From contig CBDANS010000007.1 of the NCBI GenBank assembly GCA_965197745.1, positions 1,600,001 to 1,664,000 on the forward strand: a stretch of DNA of 64,000 nucleotides, written 5' to 3'. Of the stretch, positions 8,735 to 18,642 are shown piece after piece. Each line of letters opens with the position of its first letter. Position 1 is the stretch's first letter. Source of the stretch: Opitutales bacterium (GTDB lineage Bacteria > Verrucomicrobiota > Verrucomicrobiia > Opitutales > PNEW01). The position numbers and the translations under genes are program-made. The notes below the pieces were generated by a model that saw nothing but the letters and a program-made list of their open reading frames with translations, did not search any database and was not told the DNA's origin.

Positions 8735-9503
8735 TACTCCTTCAAGCGGCTTTTCACCCGATCAATACCTACAGGTAGGTTACACCGGCCCGGTGCCACT
8801 TCTAAATAACGAAGAGGCCGCCGCCGGCCGCAAGGCATACTTCACAGCGATTGGTCAATCCGAGGTGACGCAGGGCCCTACAGATGAACGACCGGGTGGA
8901 TTCAACCTGCGCTATCGTTGGGCCTATGAGCTGGCTACGCACCAGAAAATCCTTGACCATGCAGAACGGATCCTGGGCCCGAACATTGTGCTTTGGGCCA
9001 TGGTCTTCTGGTACAAGGAGCCCCATAACTGTAAATACATCCCCTGGCATCAGGACGCGACCTACTGGCCCATGGAACCGAGGATCAATCTAACGGCATG
9101 GGTGGCCCTGGGACCGACCTTTCGAGAAAACGGTTGCTTGCGATTGATTCCGGGTTCGCACAGGCAGTGGCTGGACGAGCAGCACCAGCGTCTCGATCGG
9201 GACAGCTCCTTCGGCCATGGGCTAGCTGCTGACCGGGTGGATGAATCCAGCGCACTTGACCTCGAAATGGCCTCGGGAGAAGTCGTCTTTTTTAACGAGG
9301 CCATCCAACACGGCTCAGACGCCAACTCGAGTGATATGCCTCGACTGGCCTATGCCCTGCGTTTCACAACGCCCGAGGTTAAATTTGATCCGGACGGGTT
9401 GAAGGAAACAGGGTTGGTCTACCTAGCGAAAACGATGTTGGTCCGCGGCGAAGACCGTTTCCACTACAATGACTCCTTGAAAGTGGAACCGCCGACGACT
9501 TAA
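8724..9503 (+). CDS. PhyH family dioxygenase (intact)
   Basis: PWHQDATYW, TAWVAL, NGCLRLIPGSH, HGSDANSSDMPR. Confidence 0.9.
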   Translation: MKTNTPSSGFSPDQYLQVGYTGPVPLLNNEEAAAGRKAYFTAIGQSEVTQGPTDERPGGFNLRYRWAYELATHQKILDHAERILGPNIVLWAMVFWYKEPHNCKYIPWHQDATYWPMEPRINLTAWVALGPTFRENGCLRLIPGSHRQWLDEQHQRLDRDSSFGHGLAADRVDESSALDLEMASGEVVFFNEAIQHGSDANSSDMPRLAYALRFTTPEVKFDPDGLKETGLVYLAKTMLVRGEDRFHYNDSLKVEPPTT

Positions 9504-9540
9504 GCTGCCTGTCATCTTTTGGCTACCGTCGAACGGACAA

Positions 9541-10883
9541 TCACATCCAATCATTAGCCCGTGATACCACCCGCCAGCACCCATTACCCTCATAACTCGC
9601 AATCTCCGACAATGGTACCGCCGGTATGCCACCCCCCCCCCACGGGGCACATTACCGGGTGGCAGTAGCGGCAGGTTGTACTTGTCCCACCAGGGAAGTT
9701 CATCGACAACATGGCCCACCACAGGCCGCTGGCCAAGATTCCACTCATCGAAGGGGTCATTCCCAGGTGCGTGTTTGTCCAACAAGAATTCATTCGAATC
9801 TATCATCCATAGGGTGGTCACCTCGCGTTGTCCATCGGCGGGATCATCATTGGTGTTGGTTGGAAAGTTGAAGACGCCATCCATGTTGCAATGAACCCGC
9901 GGCACTCCAGCGCAAATGACTGCGCTGCTTGACCTTGTTGAAGTCCTGCACGGCAGCCATGCGAATGCGACCGCTTTCATGGATGCCTGCTGAGTGTACC
10001 ACCCAGCCGTGGCAGAAAATGACATCTCCTGCCTTGCCGGTAAACTCGATGGGCTGCACCTTGACCATGATCTCATCCATCGCGGTCTTCGACGATTCAG
10101 TTGCCACCCAGTTCAATGCCTGTGCGGAGGTCGGATAAAGCGACTGCGGTGAGGTTGGGAAAATCGTAAAACCGCCACCCCGTGGCTCAACATCATTGAG
10201 GTAGGTCACCACCATCATCTCAGTCATATTGTTGTCCGTGTGGGGTCCCAGTTTGGAACCGGATCCGAGTCGTTGCGCGGAAAAACCGAATAGATTCCTC
10301 GATTACGGTGCGGTCGCTTGACCGGACCACCCATCAATGCCTCGGCCATATGGAGCACATTAGGATGGGCTGATGTGGCAGCTACAAAAGCCGGGTCGTG
10401 GCCGATGCCATGCCAGCGCCACACATCATTGGCGATATCACGTGTCAGCTTATGGGGCAATTGGCCAACGCGCTCTCCGATATCGGCACCAGCGCGCGGC
10501 TCATCCGGAGTTGGCCAAGGGCTACTTCCCATCCAGTTTTTAGCAAGCCCCCAGCGATTATCCTTCGGCCAATGCCTGCCGGGAGAGACCCAGGTACCCG
10601 GATCATCCCGTTGCATCTTTGCCGCCAGCACTGGGGGTTGTTGCCACCACAAGTCGATGATGGAAGATAATGCTTCGGATGGAATCAGTCCGCGCTTGAT
10701 CACATAACCAAACTCGCGAAACTGGTCGATCTCTTCGCTTGTCAAACCCAGTTTGTCAGCACCTGGCGGATCGAGATCCGGTGTGGTCGGACGTGGCGAA
10801 TGCACTGCGGGCTGTTTGGTGTTAAAACTGCTTTCCGCATCCGTCGGTTCGGGGGCTCTATCCTGGTTGTGTGTGGCGGACAT
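9541..10883 (-). pseudogene. PhyH-like dioxygenase with C-terminal extension, three frameshifts (~10258, ~9900, C10 tract 9632-9641)
   Basis: QFREFGYVIKRG; GPHTD motif only after first shift; GKAGDVIFCHGWVVHSAG; last segment GIPAVPLSEIASYEGNGCWRVVSRANDWM* ends 9541. Confidence 0.7.
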
Positions 10884-10933
10884 ACTTACCTTTCCTCTGT
10901 TATAAGTTCAGCGAATTGCAAAAGATTGAAAAA

Positions 10934-10992
10934 GGGGTCAGGCCCTGCATTTTGGCATTTATAATTATTTGCCAGTTTGCAGGGCCTGACCC
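10934..10992. repeat. REP-like palindrome GGGGTCAGGCCCTGCA...TGCAGGGCCTGACCC
   Basis: 15-bp perfect arms plus inner TGGCA/TGCCA; interrupted at right end by IS. Confidence 0.8.
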
Positions 10993-12565
10993 GAATGGCG
11001 TTAAGATAAGGGTGGTTTAGGATGATAAAAGCCTTTGTTTTTTCGTGAAGCAGAGACGGTCATCATGGCTCGTGGATGAGTCAATCGTTGGAAAGGTATA
11101 GGTCTACGTTTGAGGACTCTTGGTTCGTATCGGAAGGGACGTAGGGGGACCGATTCGAGGGCAATGAGGTGTATCATCTCGTCAATGACAGATCGTTGGG
11201 CTCTGGGATTAAACCGGGTGGCCGCGAGCGCACTTTGATATTGGCGGAGGGTGTCAACAGCCCCCTTGAAGCTTAGCCGGGAGAGGTCGCGGTGGAAGGC
11301 ACTGGCAGCTTGCTGCAAAAGAGCGCGGATGAGAGATTGTAGGCGATGGCAAACATCGCAATCTCTTTGCGCACGAGAGCGACCGAGCGAGAGCGCAGGA
11401 TCTCCATCCCCATGGTGGTTTTGATGTGGCGAAAGTAAAGCTCCACTGCCCAGCGCCGATAGTATAATTCTCCGAGATCGTGGTGGGAGTATTGGTGAGG
11501 ATCGCTCAAGGTAGTCACGAGGTCTACGCTATGGGCGCGGAAACCTTTGATGAAAATGAAAATCTTCACCAGCCGTACGGGGATCTCATCAGGGATTTGC
11601 CGCCACTGCTCGCGACTGAAGCCGAAGACATTTTGCGGCTTCTTCCACATGATCAGCCGGTCATACCTACCCAAGGACCTGCCCTGACGAAAGTCGCTTC
11701 TTCGTTGCTGATGCAAACGCATGACCGCTTCAGCACCGCGGCCTTTAAGCAGGGCAATATTGAGGTAAGAGCAAAATCCCCGGTCGGCAAGGACCACATC
11801 ACCCTTTTGAAAAAATCCGATCATGCCCCGCAACAGCACACTGTCATGATGCCTTAGTGAGGACTCCATCCAGTGTAAAAGCGCCCCACTGGCTAAAGAA
11901 AAACAGCCCACCAGCTTCACCACCGGAAAGCCGCAGCCGCTTCGTTGCTGCGAAGGCTGTGGGTAACACCTCTGCAAGCACGGCGTATCGGCGGTGGCGA
12001 TACCCGTGCCGTCGACCACTTTTACCTCGTGACCTTTCCACCGTTGATCGTCGGTCACTCTCCCGGCCACCTCTTCACTGATCGCTTCATGGATCCCGTG
12101 CAGGTCTTGCACCAACAGCCGTTGCCTCGCCTGACAGTAGGCCGAGGCCGTTCCTTTAGCCAACTTCAGCCCCTTCATGCTGCAATAGCTCTGGAGCTTG
12201 CGCACCACTTCCCGGCAGGCAGTCCGTGGTGAGAGCACTTGGAACAAAAATGCCCAGAAGGTCACGTTTTGGCTGAACAATCTCCGCCGGCTGTTAGCCC
12301 CTCGAGGCTTCCGGTGTAAATACTTTTGCGGCACCCACTGCCCGAAGATATCCGATAGCTCGGAAAGACTTGACCGCCGTATTTCTACCAGCTTACCCTC
12401 CATCTGTGCAAGGGCTGTTCGGGGAGCACGACCGAACAGGACCTGATTAAATCCTGGAAAATAACGAGTTAAGTTTTGTTTTTGCATGCTCGTTAGGGTA
12501 GCTCTCCAACGGTCCCTGTACAAGCATCTATTGCACTCATTCTATCCCTTATCTTAACGCCATTC
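10993..12565 (-). mobile_element. IS4-family insertion sequence (1573 bp)
   Basis: Perfect 20-bp terminal inverted repeats GAATGGCGTTAAGATAAGGG (10993-11012, 12546-12565) enclosing a transposase. Confidence 0.9.
11001..12487 (-). pseudogene. IS4-family DDE transposase, frameshifted near 11330
   Basis: VVDGT, LADRGF, Y-x2-RW-x2-E-x2-F-x3-K (YYRRWAVELYFRHIK); C-terminus (LSFKG..EPRVLKRRP) in ORF 11001-11318. Confidence 0.85.
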
Positions 12566-12602
12566 CACTCTGACCCCTTTTGAAATCACTGGAGGAATAT
12601 TT

Positions 12603-13592
12603 ATGAAAGCTATTGTTTATCACATATATGGTTCACCCGATGTTCTTCAATTCAAAGAGGTAGAAAAACCTACTCCCAAGGACAATGAAGTCTTGATAAA
12701 AGTTCATGCCACAACAGTAAATTGAACTGACACTGCAACAATTAGAGCGAAACCTTTTATTATTGGTAGATTGATGACAGGTTTATTCAAACCAAATAAT
12801 CCAATTCCTGGAACCGAATTTGCTGGAAAAATTGAAGCTGTTGGAAAAAACATATCGTCTTATAAAGTAGGCGATAAGGTTTTTGGATTTGATGATAGCG
12901 GATCACGGGCTCATGCAGAGTACATGACGATATTAGAAGACAAAGTAGTAACAATACCTGAAAACATAACATATGAACAGGCCGCAGCGAGTTCTGAAGG
13001 CGCACATTATGCGTATATTTTTATCAAAAAAGTAAATATAAAAAGTGGGCAAAAAGTTCTTGTTAATGGTGCAACAGGAGCGATTGGTTCGGCAGCAGTT
13101 CAACTTCTAAAACATTTTGATGTTAAGGTTACGGCAACATGTAACACGAAGAATATAGAATTAGTGAAATCATTAGGTGCTGATAAAGTAATTGATTATA
13201 CAACAGAAGGTTTTACAAAAGATGAAGAAAAATATAACTTTGTGTTTGATGCTGTTGGAAAAAGTTCATTTTTTAAATGCACACAATTACTACAACCAGG
13301 AGGAGTTTATTTTTCAACGGACTTAGGTTATATGGGTCAGAATATTTTCTTACCACTCATAACAGCGATTATAAAACCCCTGATTGGCAGCAAAAAAACC
13401 GCATCTCCAAATTTTACAGATGTTAGGGAAAGTCTACTTTTAATCCAGAAGCTTATTGAAGTTGGAAAATTTAAAACAGTAATAGATAGAAAATATCCGT
13501 TAGAACAAATTGTCGAGGCGTATAAGTATGTTGAGACGGGGCAGAAGGTGGGGAATGTAGTAATAACATTGGAACATAATAACAAAACCTAG
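12603..13592 (+). pseudogene. NAD(P)-dependent MDR/quinone-reductase-like alcohol dehydrogenase with in-frame TGA at 12723
   Basis: [42 protein letters not shown] in frame with ORF 12771-13592 (VLVNGATGAIG); strongly AT-rich. Confidence 0.85.
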
Positions 13593-13610
13593 ATCAAAAG
13601 GAGGCAAAAG

Positions 13611-13976
13611 ATGGCACAGGTAAGATATATAGTAAATGACGTAGAAGATGCCGTTGCCTTTTATGTCTCAAAGCTTGGTTTTGAACTCGAACAGCAATAC
13701 GGTACGGCGTTCGCAATCGTGGTCCATGGCGACTTGACGCTGTGGCTTGCGGGCCCAAAAGCATCAGCGTCCAAGCCGATGCCAGATGGCGCTATACCCA
13801 GCCCGGGAGGCTGGTCCAGGTTCGCCTTGATAGTCGACGATTTAGAATCCCTCGTCTCAAAGCTCAAGGACGATGGTGTAATATTCAGAAACGATATTGT
13901 AGAGGGGCCGGGGGGCAAACAGATTCTCTGCAAAGATCCTTCTGGTAATGTAGTTGAGCTCTTTCAGCCAGCGTAG
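13611..13976 (+). CDS. VOC/glyoxalase family protein
   Basis: VRYIVNDVEDAVAFY..LGF, DPSGNVVELFQP; AGGAGG RBS. Confidence 0.9.
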   Translation: MAQVRYIVNDVEDAVAFYVSKLGFELEQQYGTAFAIVVHGDLTLWLAGPKASASKPMPDGAIPSPGGWSRFALIVDDLESLVSKLKDDGVIFRNDIVEGPGGKQILCKDPSGNVVELFQPA

Positions 13977-13983
13977 TAGTAAC

Positions 13984-14080
13984 GCCTAACCAATCGCTCA
14001 AACCTGACCGCTAATAAGCTGGACTTGGTTGCAACTTTTAATTGGTTACCTCAAGTAAAAAACCTGTCAGGTTAAGTCGT
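13984..14080 (+). other. Degenerate attC site downstream of VOC gene
   Basis: R'' GCCTAAC 13984; CTCAAACCTGAC (13997) pairs with GTCAGGTTAAG (14066); inner ACTTG/CAAGT; R' eroded. Confidence 0.6.
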
Positions 14081-14105
14081 ATGACCTGCCATGAGCGAAG
14101 CCGAA

Positions 14106-14192
14106 TGGTGCCCGGAGAGGGGGTCGAACCCACACTCCCTTGCGGGAACTGGATTTTGAATCCAGCGCGTCTGCCAATTCCGCCATCCGGGC
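14106..14192 (-). tRNA. tRNA-Leu (anticodon CAA)
   Basis: GCCCGGA acceptor stem, CTGGA-TTCAAAA-TCCAG anticodon arm, long variable arm, GGTTCGA T-loop, encoded CCA. Confidence 0.97.
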
Positions 14193-14254
14193 GCATGATG
14201 AAAGTCACTGTATGATGAAAGTGGTGTCTCGCAAATACTTTTTAAGGGAGATTT

Positions 14255-15487
14255 TTATTTCCCTCCCTCGCGTTTCGCTTTTGCGACCTGCTGTGCTCGC
14301 AATCGCAGTGACTGCAGGTGAATAAAACCGGTAGCATCATCAGGGTTATAATTACTGGCCACACCTTCCATCGAAGCTATGTCCGGGTCGTATAGTGATT
14401 GTGATGATTTGCGTCCAACCGTGATGATGTTTCCTTTATATAATTTTAAACGCACCGTACCGATAACTGTTTTCTGGCTTTTATTGATAAAGGCCTGCAG
14501 TGCTTCGCGTTCAGGTGAGTACCAAAAACCATTATAGATAAGTTCGGCATACTTGGGAATCAGACCATCGCGTAAATGCATGAGCTCCCGGTCCATGGTC
14601 AAACTTTCTACCTGGCGATGCGCGTGCATAAGAATGGTCCCACCCGGTGTCTCATAAACACCACGGCTTTTCATGCCGACAAAACGATTTTCCACAATGT
14701 CGGTACGACCGATACCATGTTTACCTCCGAGTGCATTCAAGGTCTTAAGAACGGCTGCTGGATTTAAGTTATTTCCGTTTACCGCGATACAATCCCCTTT
14801 CTCATATTCGAGTTCGATATGCTCGGGTTCATCAGGGGCGTCCTCCGGGGCGACCGTCAGTTTAAACATGCTTTTGTTGCAGGGTATGGTAGGGTCAAAC
14901 ATCGGATCTTCAAGGATACCCGCCTCGTATGAAATATGCAGGAGGTTGCGGTCCATGGAGTAGGGTTTCGAAGCGGTGGCCTCGACATCAATGCCATGTT
15001 CCTGGCAATAGGTAATCAATTCGCTTCGACCGGGAAATGTTTCGCGAAAGGCGGCTATTCGCCAGGGAGCGATGATCTCGAGATCGGGTGCGAGGGATGC
15101 ATAGGTGAGTTCAAAGCGGCATTGGTCATTGCCTTTACCCGTCGCTCCATGGGCGAGGGTTGTCGCCTTTTCTTTTCGAGCAACATCAATCTGCGCTTTG
15201 GCAATGAGAGGGCGGGCAATGGATGTACCCAGAAAGTACTGGCCCTCGTAAATAGCGTTTCCCCGCAACATGGGGTAGATAAAATCACGCGCGAACTCCT
15301 CGATAAGATCGACGGTATAATGTGCAGCAGCGCCGGTGGATTCCGCTTTTTCAGAGAGCCCCTCCAGTTCCTCTTCCTGGCCAATATTGGCGGCAAAAGT
15401 AACGACCTCTGCCCGGTATTGTTCTTTAATCCATTTAAGGATAACGGAAGTGTCCAATCCTCCCGAGTATGCGATAACGACTTTCAT
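14255..15487 (-). CDS. argG: Argininosuccinate synthase
   Basis: [28 protein letters not shown]. Confidence 0.97.
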   Translation of the reverse strand: MKVVIAYSGGLDTSVILKWIKEQYRAEVVTFAANIGQEEELEGLSEKAESTGAAAHYTVDLIEEFARDFIYPMLRGNAIYEGQYFLGTSIARPLIAKAQIDVARKEKATTLAHGATGKGNDQCRFELTYASLAPDLEIIAPWRIAAFRETFPGRSELITYCQEHGIDVEATASKPYSMDRNLLHISYEAGILEDPMFDPTIPCNKSMFKLTVAPEDAPDEPEHIELEYEKGDCIAVNGNNLNPAAVLKTLNALGGKHGIGRTDIVENRFVGMKSRGVYETPGGTILMHAHRQVESLTMDRELMHLRDGLIPKYAELIYNGFWYSPEREALQAFINKSQKTVIGTVRLKLYKGNIITVGRKSSQSLYDPDIASMEGVASNYNPDDATGFIHLQSLRLRAQQVAKAKREGGK

Positions 15488-15543
15488 AGTAAATAAATCC
15501 TGTTTTAATTATGCCGATAATGATCGAAGTTGAATGATAGAAT

Positions 15544-16485
15544 TTAAGATTTAACTGAATCTGCGAGCGCGGAGAGTATGGCCTTTTGCACATGAAGACG
15601 ATTTTCAGCCTGATCAAAGACAATCGATTTTGGGTTGTGGTAAACTTCAGGGGAGACCTCCATCTCGAGATGGGCAGGTAAGCAATGCATGAATAGGACA
15701 TCCTCCTTTGCGGCATTGAGGAGGTCCAGTGTTACTTTATAAGGGGACAATTTTTCTGAGCGCATTGCTTCCTCATCCTCTTTACCCATACTCACCCAGA
15801 CATCGGTGTAGATGACATCGGCATCCTTGACCGCATCCTGGATATCGGTGGTAAAGGTGTAAGCCGGGGCAATTCCCGCATTATCAAGGTAATTCTTAAT
15901 TTCATCCCCGGGAGCAAATGCTTCCGGACCGGCGAGAACGACATTCATGGAAAAGAGATGTCCAGCGAGGATCCAGGAATTTGCCATGTTGCAATTACAA
16001 TCACCGACAAAAACGATCTTGCGCTCTTTAAGCGAGGTGACATCACAATCTTCAGACCAGCGTTCGGCCAAAGTAAAAGCATCACTAAAAATCTGGCAGG
16101 GATGGAGAAAATCGGTCAGGGCGTTAACGACACTGATCGTGCCTTCACGCGCGAACTCTTCTATAATTTCGTGTTCGTAAGCGCGTATGACCAATCCATG
16201 ACAATAGCGGGAGAGAATTTTTGCGGTGTCGGCTACCGATTCGCCTCGACTGAGTTGCATCGTGTCCTTATCGAGGTAAAGAGCATGGCCTCCGAGTTCA
16301 TTAATACCCACTTCAAAAGAGACGCGTGTGCGCGTGCTACTTTTAAAAAAAAGCAAGGCCCAGCTTTGGTTATTTAATGCCGAGTAGTTATTCTCACCAC
16401 GGTGATTTTTATATTTTTGAGCGAGCGAAAATATATCGGCGGCCTCGCAAATAGAAAAATCCGTCTCTTTTAAAAAATGCTTCAT
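15544..16485 (-). CDS. argF: Ornithine carbamoyltransferase
   Basis: SSTRTRVSF, HPCQ, DVWVSMG, HCLP. Confidence 0.95.
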   Translation of the reverse strand: MKHFLKETDFSICEAADIFSLAQKYKNHRGENNYSALNNQSWALLFFKSSTRTRVSFEVGINELGGHALYLDKDTMQLSRGESVADTAKILSRYCHGLVIRAYEHEIIEEFAREGTISVVNALTDFLHPCQIFSDAFTLAERWSEDCDVTSLKERKIVFVGDCNCNMANSWILAGHLFSMNVVLAGPEAFAPGDEIKNYLDNAGIAPAYTFTTDIQDAVKDADVIYTDVWVSMGKEDEEAMRSEKLSPYKVTLDLLNAAKEDVLFMHCLPAHLEMEVSPEVYHNPKSIVFDQAENRLHVQKAILSALADSVKS

Positions 16486-16523
16486 GACTGAATAAGGATG
16501 CGTTAATAACGAAATCTATTCCG

Positions 16524-17732
16524 TTATTTCAAATCTTCTAATGTCTGTTCAAGAATATCCAATGCCGATTGTATTTCATCATCCGAAACATTAAAGGGTG
16601 GATATATTCGTACTGTATTCTCACCAGCGGGCACCGTGATTAATCCTTTTTCAAAAAGACTATTGATGAAGTCCGTAGGATCTTCCTTCATCCCTATCCC
16701 CAGGAGATAACCCTGGCCTCGCACTTCAGCGATATGCTGCGGGTATTTATCCGCTAGCTTTTGCAATGAAGCTTTGAGCTTATTACCGCTTTCAGCGACG
16801 CGATCTAAGAGGTTTTCTTTTTCCATGACTTCGAGCACAGAGAGAGCAGCAGTACAGGCCAGCGGGTTTCCCCCATATGTTGAACCATGGGTGCCCGGTG
16901 TAAAAAGCCCGGCATATTTATCGGATATCCAGATAGCACCGATAGGAAATCCACCACCCAAGCCTTTAGCCATGGCAATGGCATCGGGAACAATACCCGC
17001 ATGCTCGTAGCCAAAAAAGCGACCGGTTCGCCCGACACCGGTTTGCACTTCGTCGAGCATGAGGAGCAGATTATTCTCGTCACAGAGCTTGCGTATGCCT
17101 TGAAGGAAATCCGGATCACAAGGCAGAACACCGCTTTCCCCCTGGGTCGGTTCGAGGTAAATGGCCACTGTATGTTCATCGATCTTTGAGGAAAAACTTT
17201 CGAGGTTATTTATCTCTCCAAAGGAGAATCCGTCGAGAAGAGGACGAAACCCTTTTTGTATTTTTTCGAGTGGGGTTGCCGACATCCCCCCAAAGGTGCG
17301 GCCGTGAAAAGCATTTTCGGCCCCGATTATTTTATAGCTCTTTCCCTCCTCGCCCGCTTTATCCGTGCCATAGAGCCGGGCCAGTTTAATCAAGGCTTCA
17401 TTCGCTTCAGCCCCGCTGTTGCAGAAGAAAAATTTCCCCGGTCCTGTGTATTGTGCTAACTTCTCCGCAAGCTGAGCGGGTTGGGGGAATCGGTAGAGGT
17501 TCGTGCAGTGAATCAATTCTGTCGCCTGTTCCTGAAGGCGTTTCACCCAATAGGGGTGGCAATGTCCCAGTCCGTTTACGGCGATACCGGTGCCGAAATC
17601 AAGGTATTCTTTTCCGGTGTCATCCCAGGCTTGAGTCCCTTGTCCTTTGACCAGAGTAAATGGCGCCGGGGGGTAATTCCCCAGGATATATTTTTCATAA
17701 AGGGTGGTAAGATTAGCGGTCTGCTTATTCAT
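16524..17732 (-). CDS. argD: Acetylornithine aminotransferase
   Basis: NSGAEANE, FHGRT, DEVQTG, AKGLGGG; in arg cluster. Confidence 0.93.
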   Translation of the reverse strand: MNKQTANLTTLYEKYILGNYPPAPFTLVKGQGTQAWDDTGKEYLDFGTGIAVNGLGHCHPYWVKRLQEQATELIHCTNLYRFPQPAQLAEKLAQYTGPGKFFFCNSGAEANEALIKLARLYGTDKAGEEGKSYKIIGAENAFHGRTFGGMSATPLEKIQKGFRPLLDGFSFGEINNLESFSSKIDEHTVAIYLEPTQGESGVLPCDPDFLQGIRKLCDENNLLLMLDEVQTGVGRTGRFFGYEHAGIVPDAIAMAKGLGGGFPIGAIWISDKYAGLFTPGTHGSTYGGNPLACTAALSVLEVMEKENLLDRVAESGNKLKASLQKLADKYPQHIAEVRGQGYLLGIGMKEDPTDFINSLFEKGLITVPAGENTVRIYPPFNVSDDEIQSALDILEQTLEDLK

Positions 17733-17751
17733 GATTTCCAAGCGTTGATTT

Positions 17752-18636
17752 TTAATTTTGAACAATTTCTGTGCCTATGCCCCGATCGGTAAATATTTCA
17801 AGAAGAAGGCTGTGGGGGACGCGGCCATCAACAAAGTGCACGCGACGAACACTGTTCTCGATAGCTTTAACGGCACTGTTTACTTTTGGCATCATACCCG
17901 ATCCGATGACGCCCTTGCCTTTGTAAGCTTCGACCTGATCGACTTTTAAAGTGGAAATAAGAGACTCGGGATCATCCGGATCATTTAAGAGGCCCGGGAC
18001 ATCGCAAAGATAAACAAGCCGCCGCGCATGCAGTGCGGAAGCGACATGGGAAGCAGCGATGTCCGCATTAGTATTGTAAACCCGACCTTCCTGATCCAAA
18101 GCGATGGGTGAGATGATGGGGATATAACCTTCTTCGAGCGCTTTTTGAATTTTCCTTGTATCAACTTTAATAATTTCTCCAACCCGGCCAAGATCGATTG
18201 GATTACCCGACACATCACGGGTTAATTTTTCGCATAGGAATACTTTATTTCCAATCATCGGTAGAGGGCGTCCGACACTTGCCTGAATAATTTCGGCGAT
18301 ATCAAGATTGATATTCTCATTGAGAGTTTTTTCGACAATTTTTATCGATTTTTCATCAGTAACCCGTAAACCCTGATTAAATATGGGTTCGAGCCCGGCT
18401 TCTTCCATTGACCGACTGATCTCTTTACCTCCGCCATGGACGACAACGACGTGGATTCCGACGGAAGCGAGAAAGACAATATCGGTAGCAACACGACGGC
18501 GCACATGAGGTTCGGGATCGTCCATAAAACTGCCACCGTATTTAATGACAAAAGTAGAGCCTTTAAAGCGTTGGATGTAAGGCAACGCTTCGAGCAAGAC
18601 ACGCGCTTTTGAAATGATGTCGACCTCTGTTAACAT
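17752..18636 (-). CDS. argB: Acetylglutamate kinase
   Basis: VIKYGGS, VHGGG, NTNAD, GMMPK. Confidence 0.95.
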   Translation of the reverse strand: MLTEVDIISKARVLLEALPYIQRFKGSTFVIKYGGSFMDDPEPHVRRRVATDIVFLASVGIHVVVVHGGGKEISRSMEEAGLEPIFNQGLRVTDEKSIKIVEKTLNENINLDIAEIIQASVGRPLPMIGNKVFLCEKLTRDVSGNPIDLGRVGEIIKVDTRKIQKALEEGYIPIISPIALDQEGRVYNTNADIAASHVASALHARRLVYLCDVPGLLNDPDDPESLISTLKVDQVEAYKGKGVIGSGMMPKVNSAVKAIENSVRRVHFVDGRVPHSLLLEIFTDRGIGTEIVQN

Positions 18637-18642
18637 AAGATT

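Noticed and set aside
12723..12725. In-frame TGA as selenocysteine or recoded Trp
   Set aside because: The position corresponds to Arg in the family's VNRTD motif (CGA/AGA to TGA), TGA is used as stop elsewhere in the window, and no SECIS-like hairpin is evident; a nonsense mutation is simpler.
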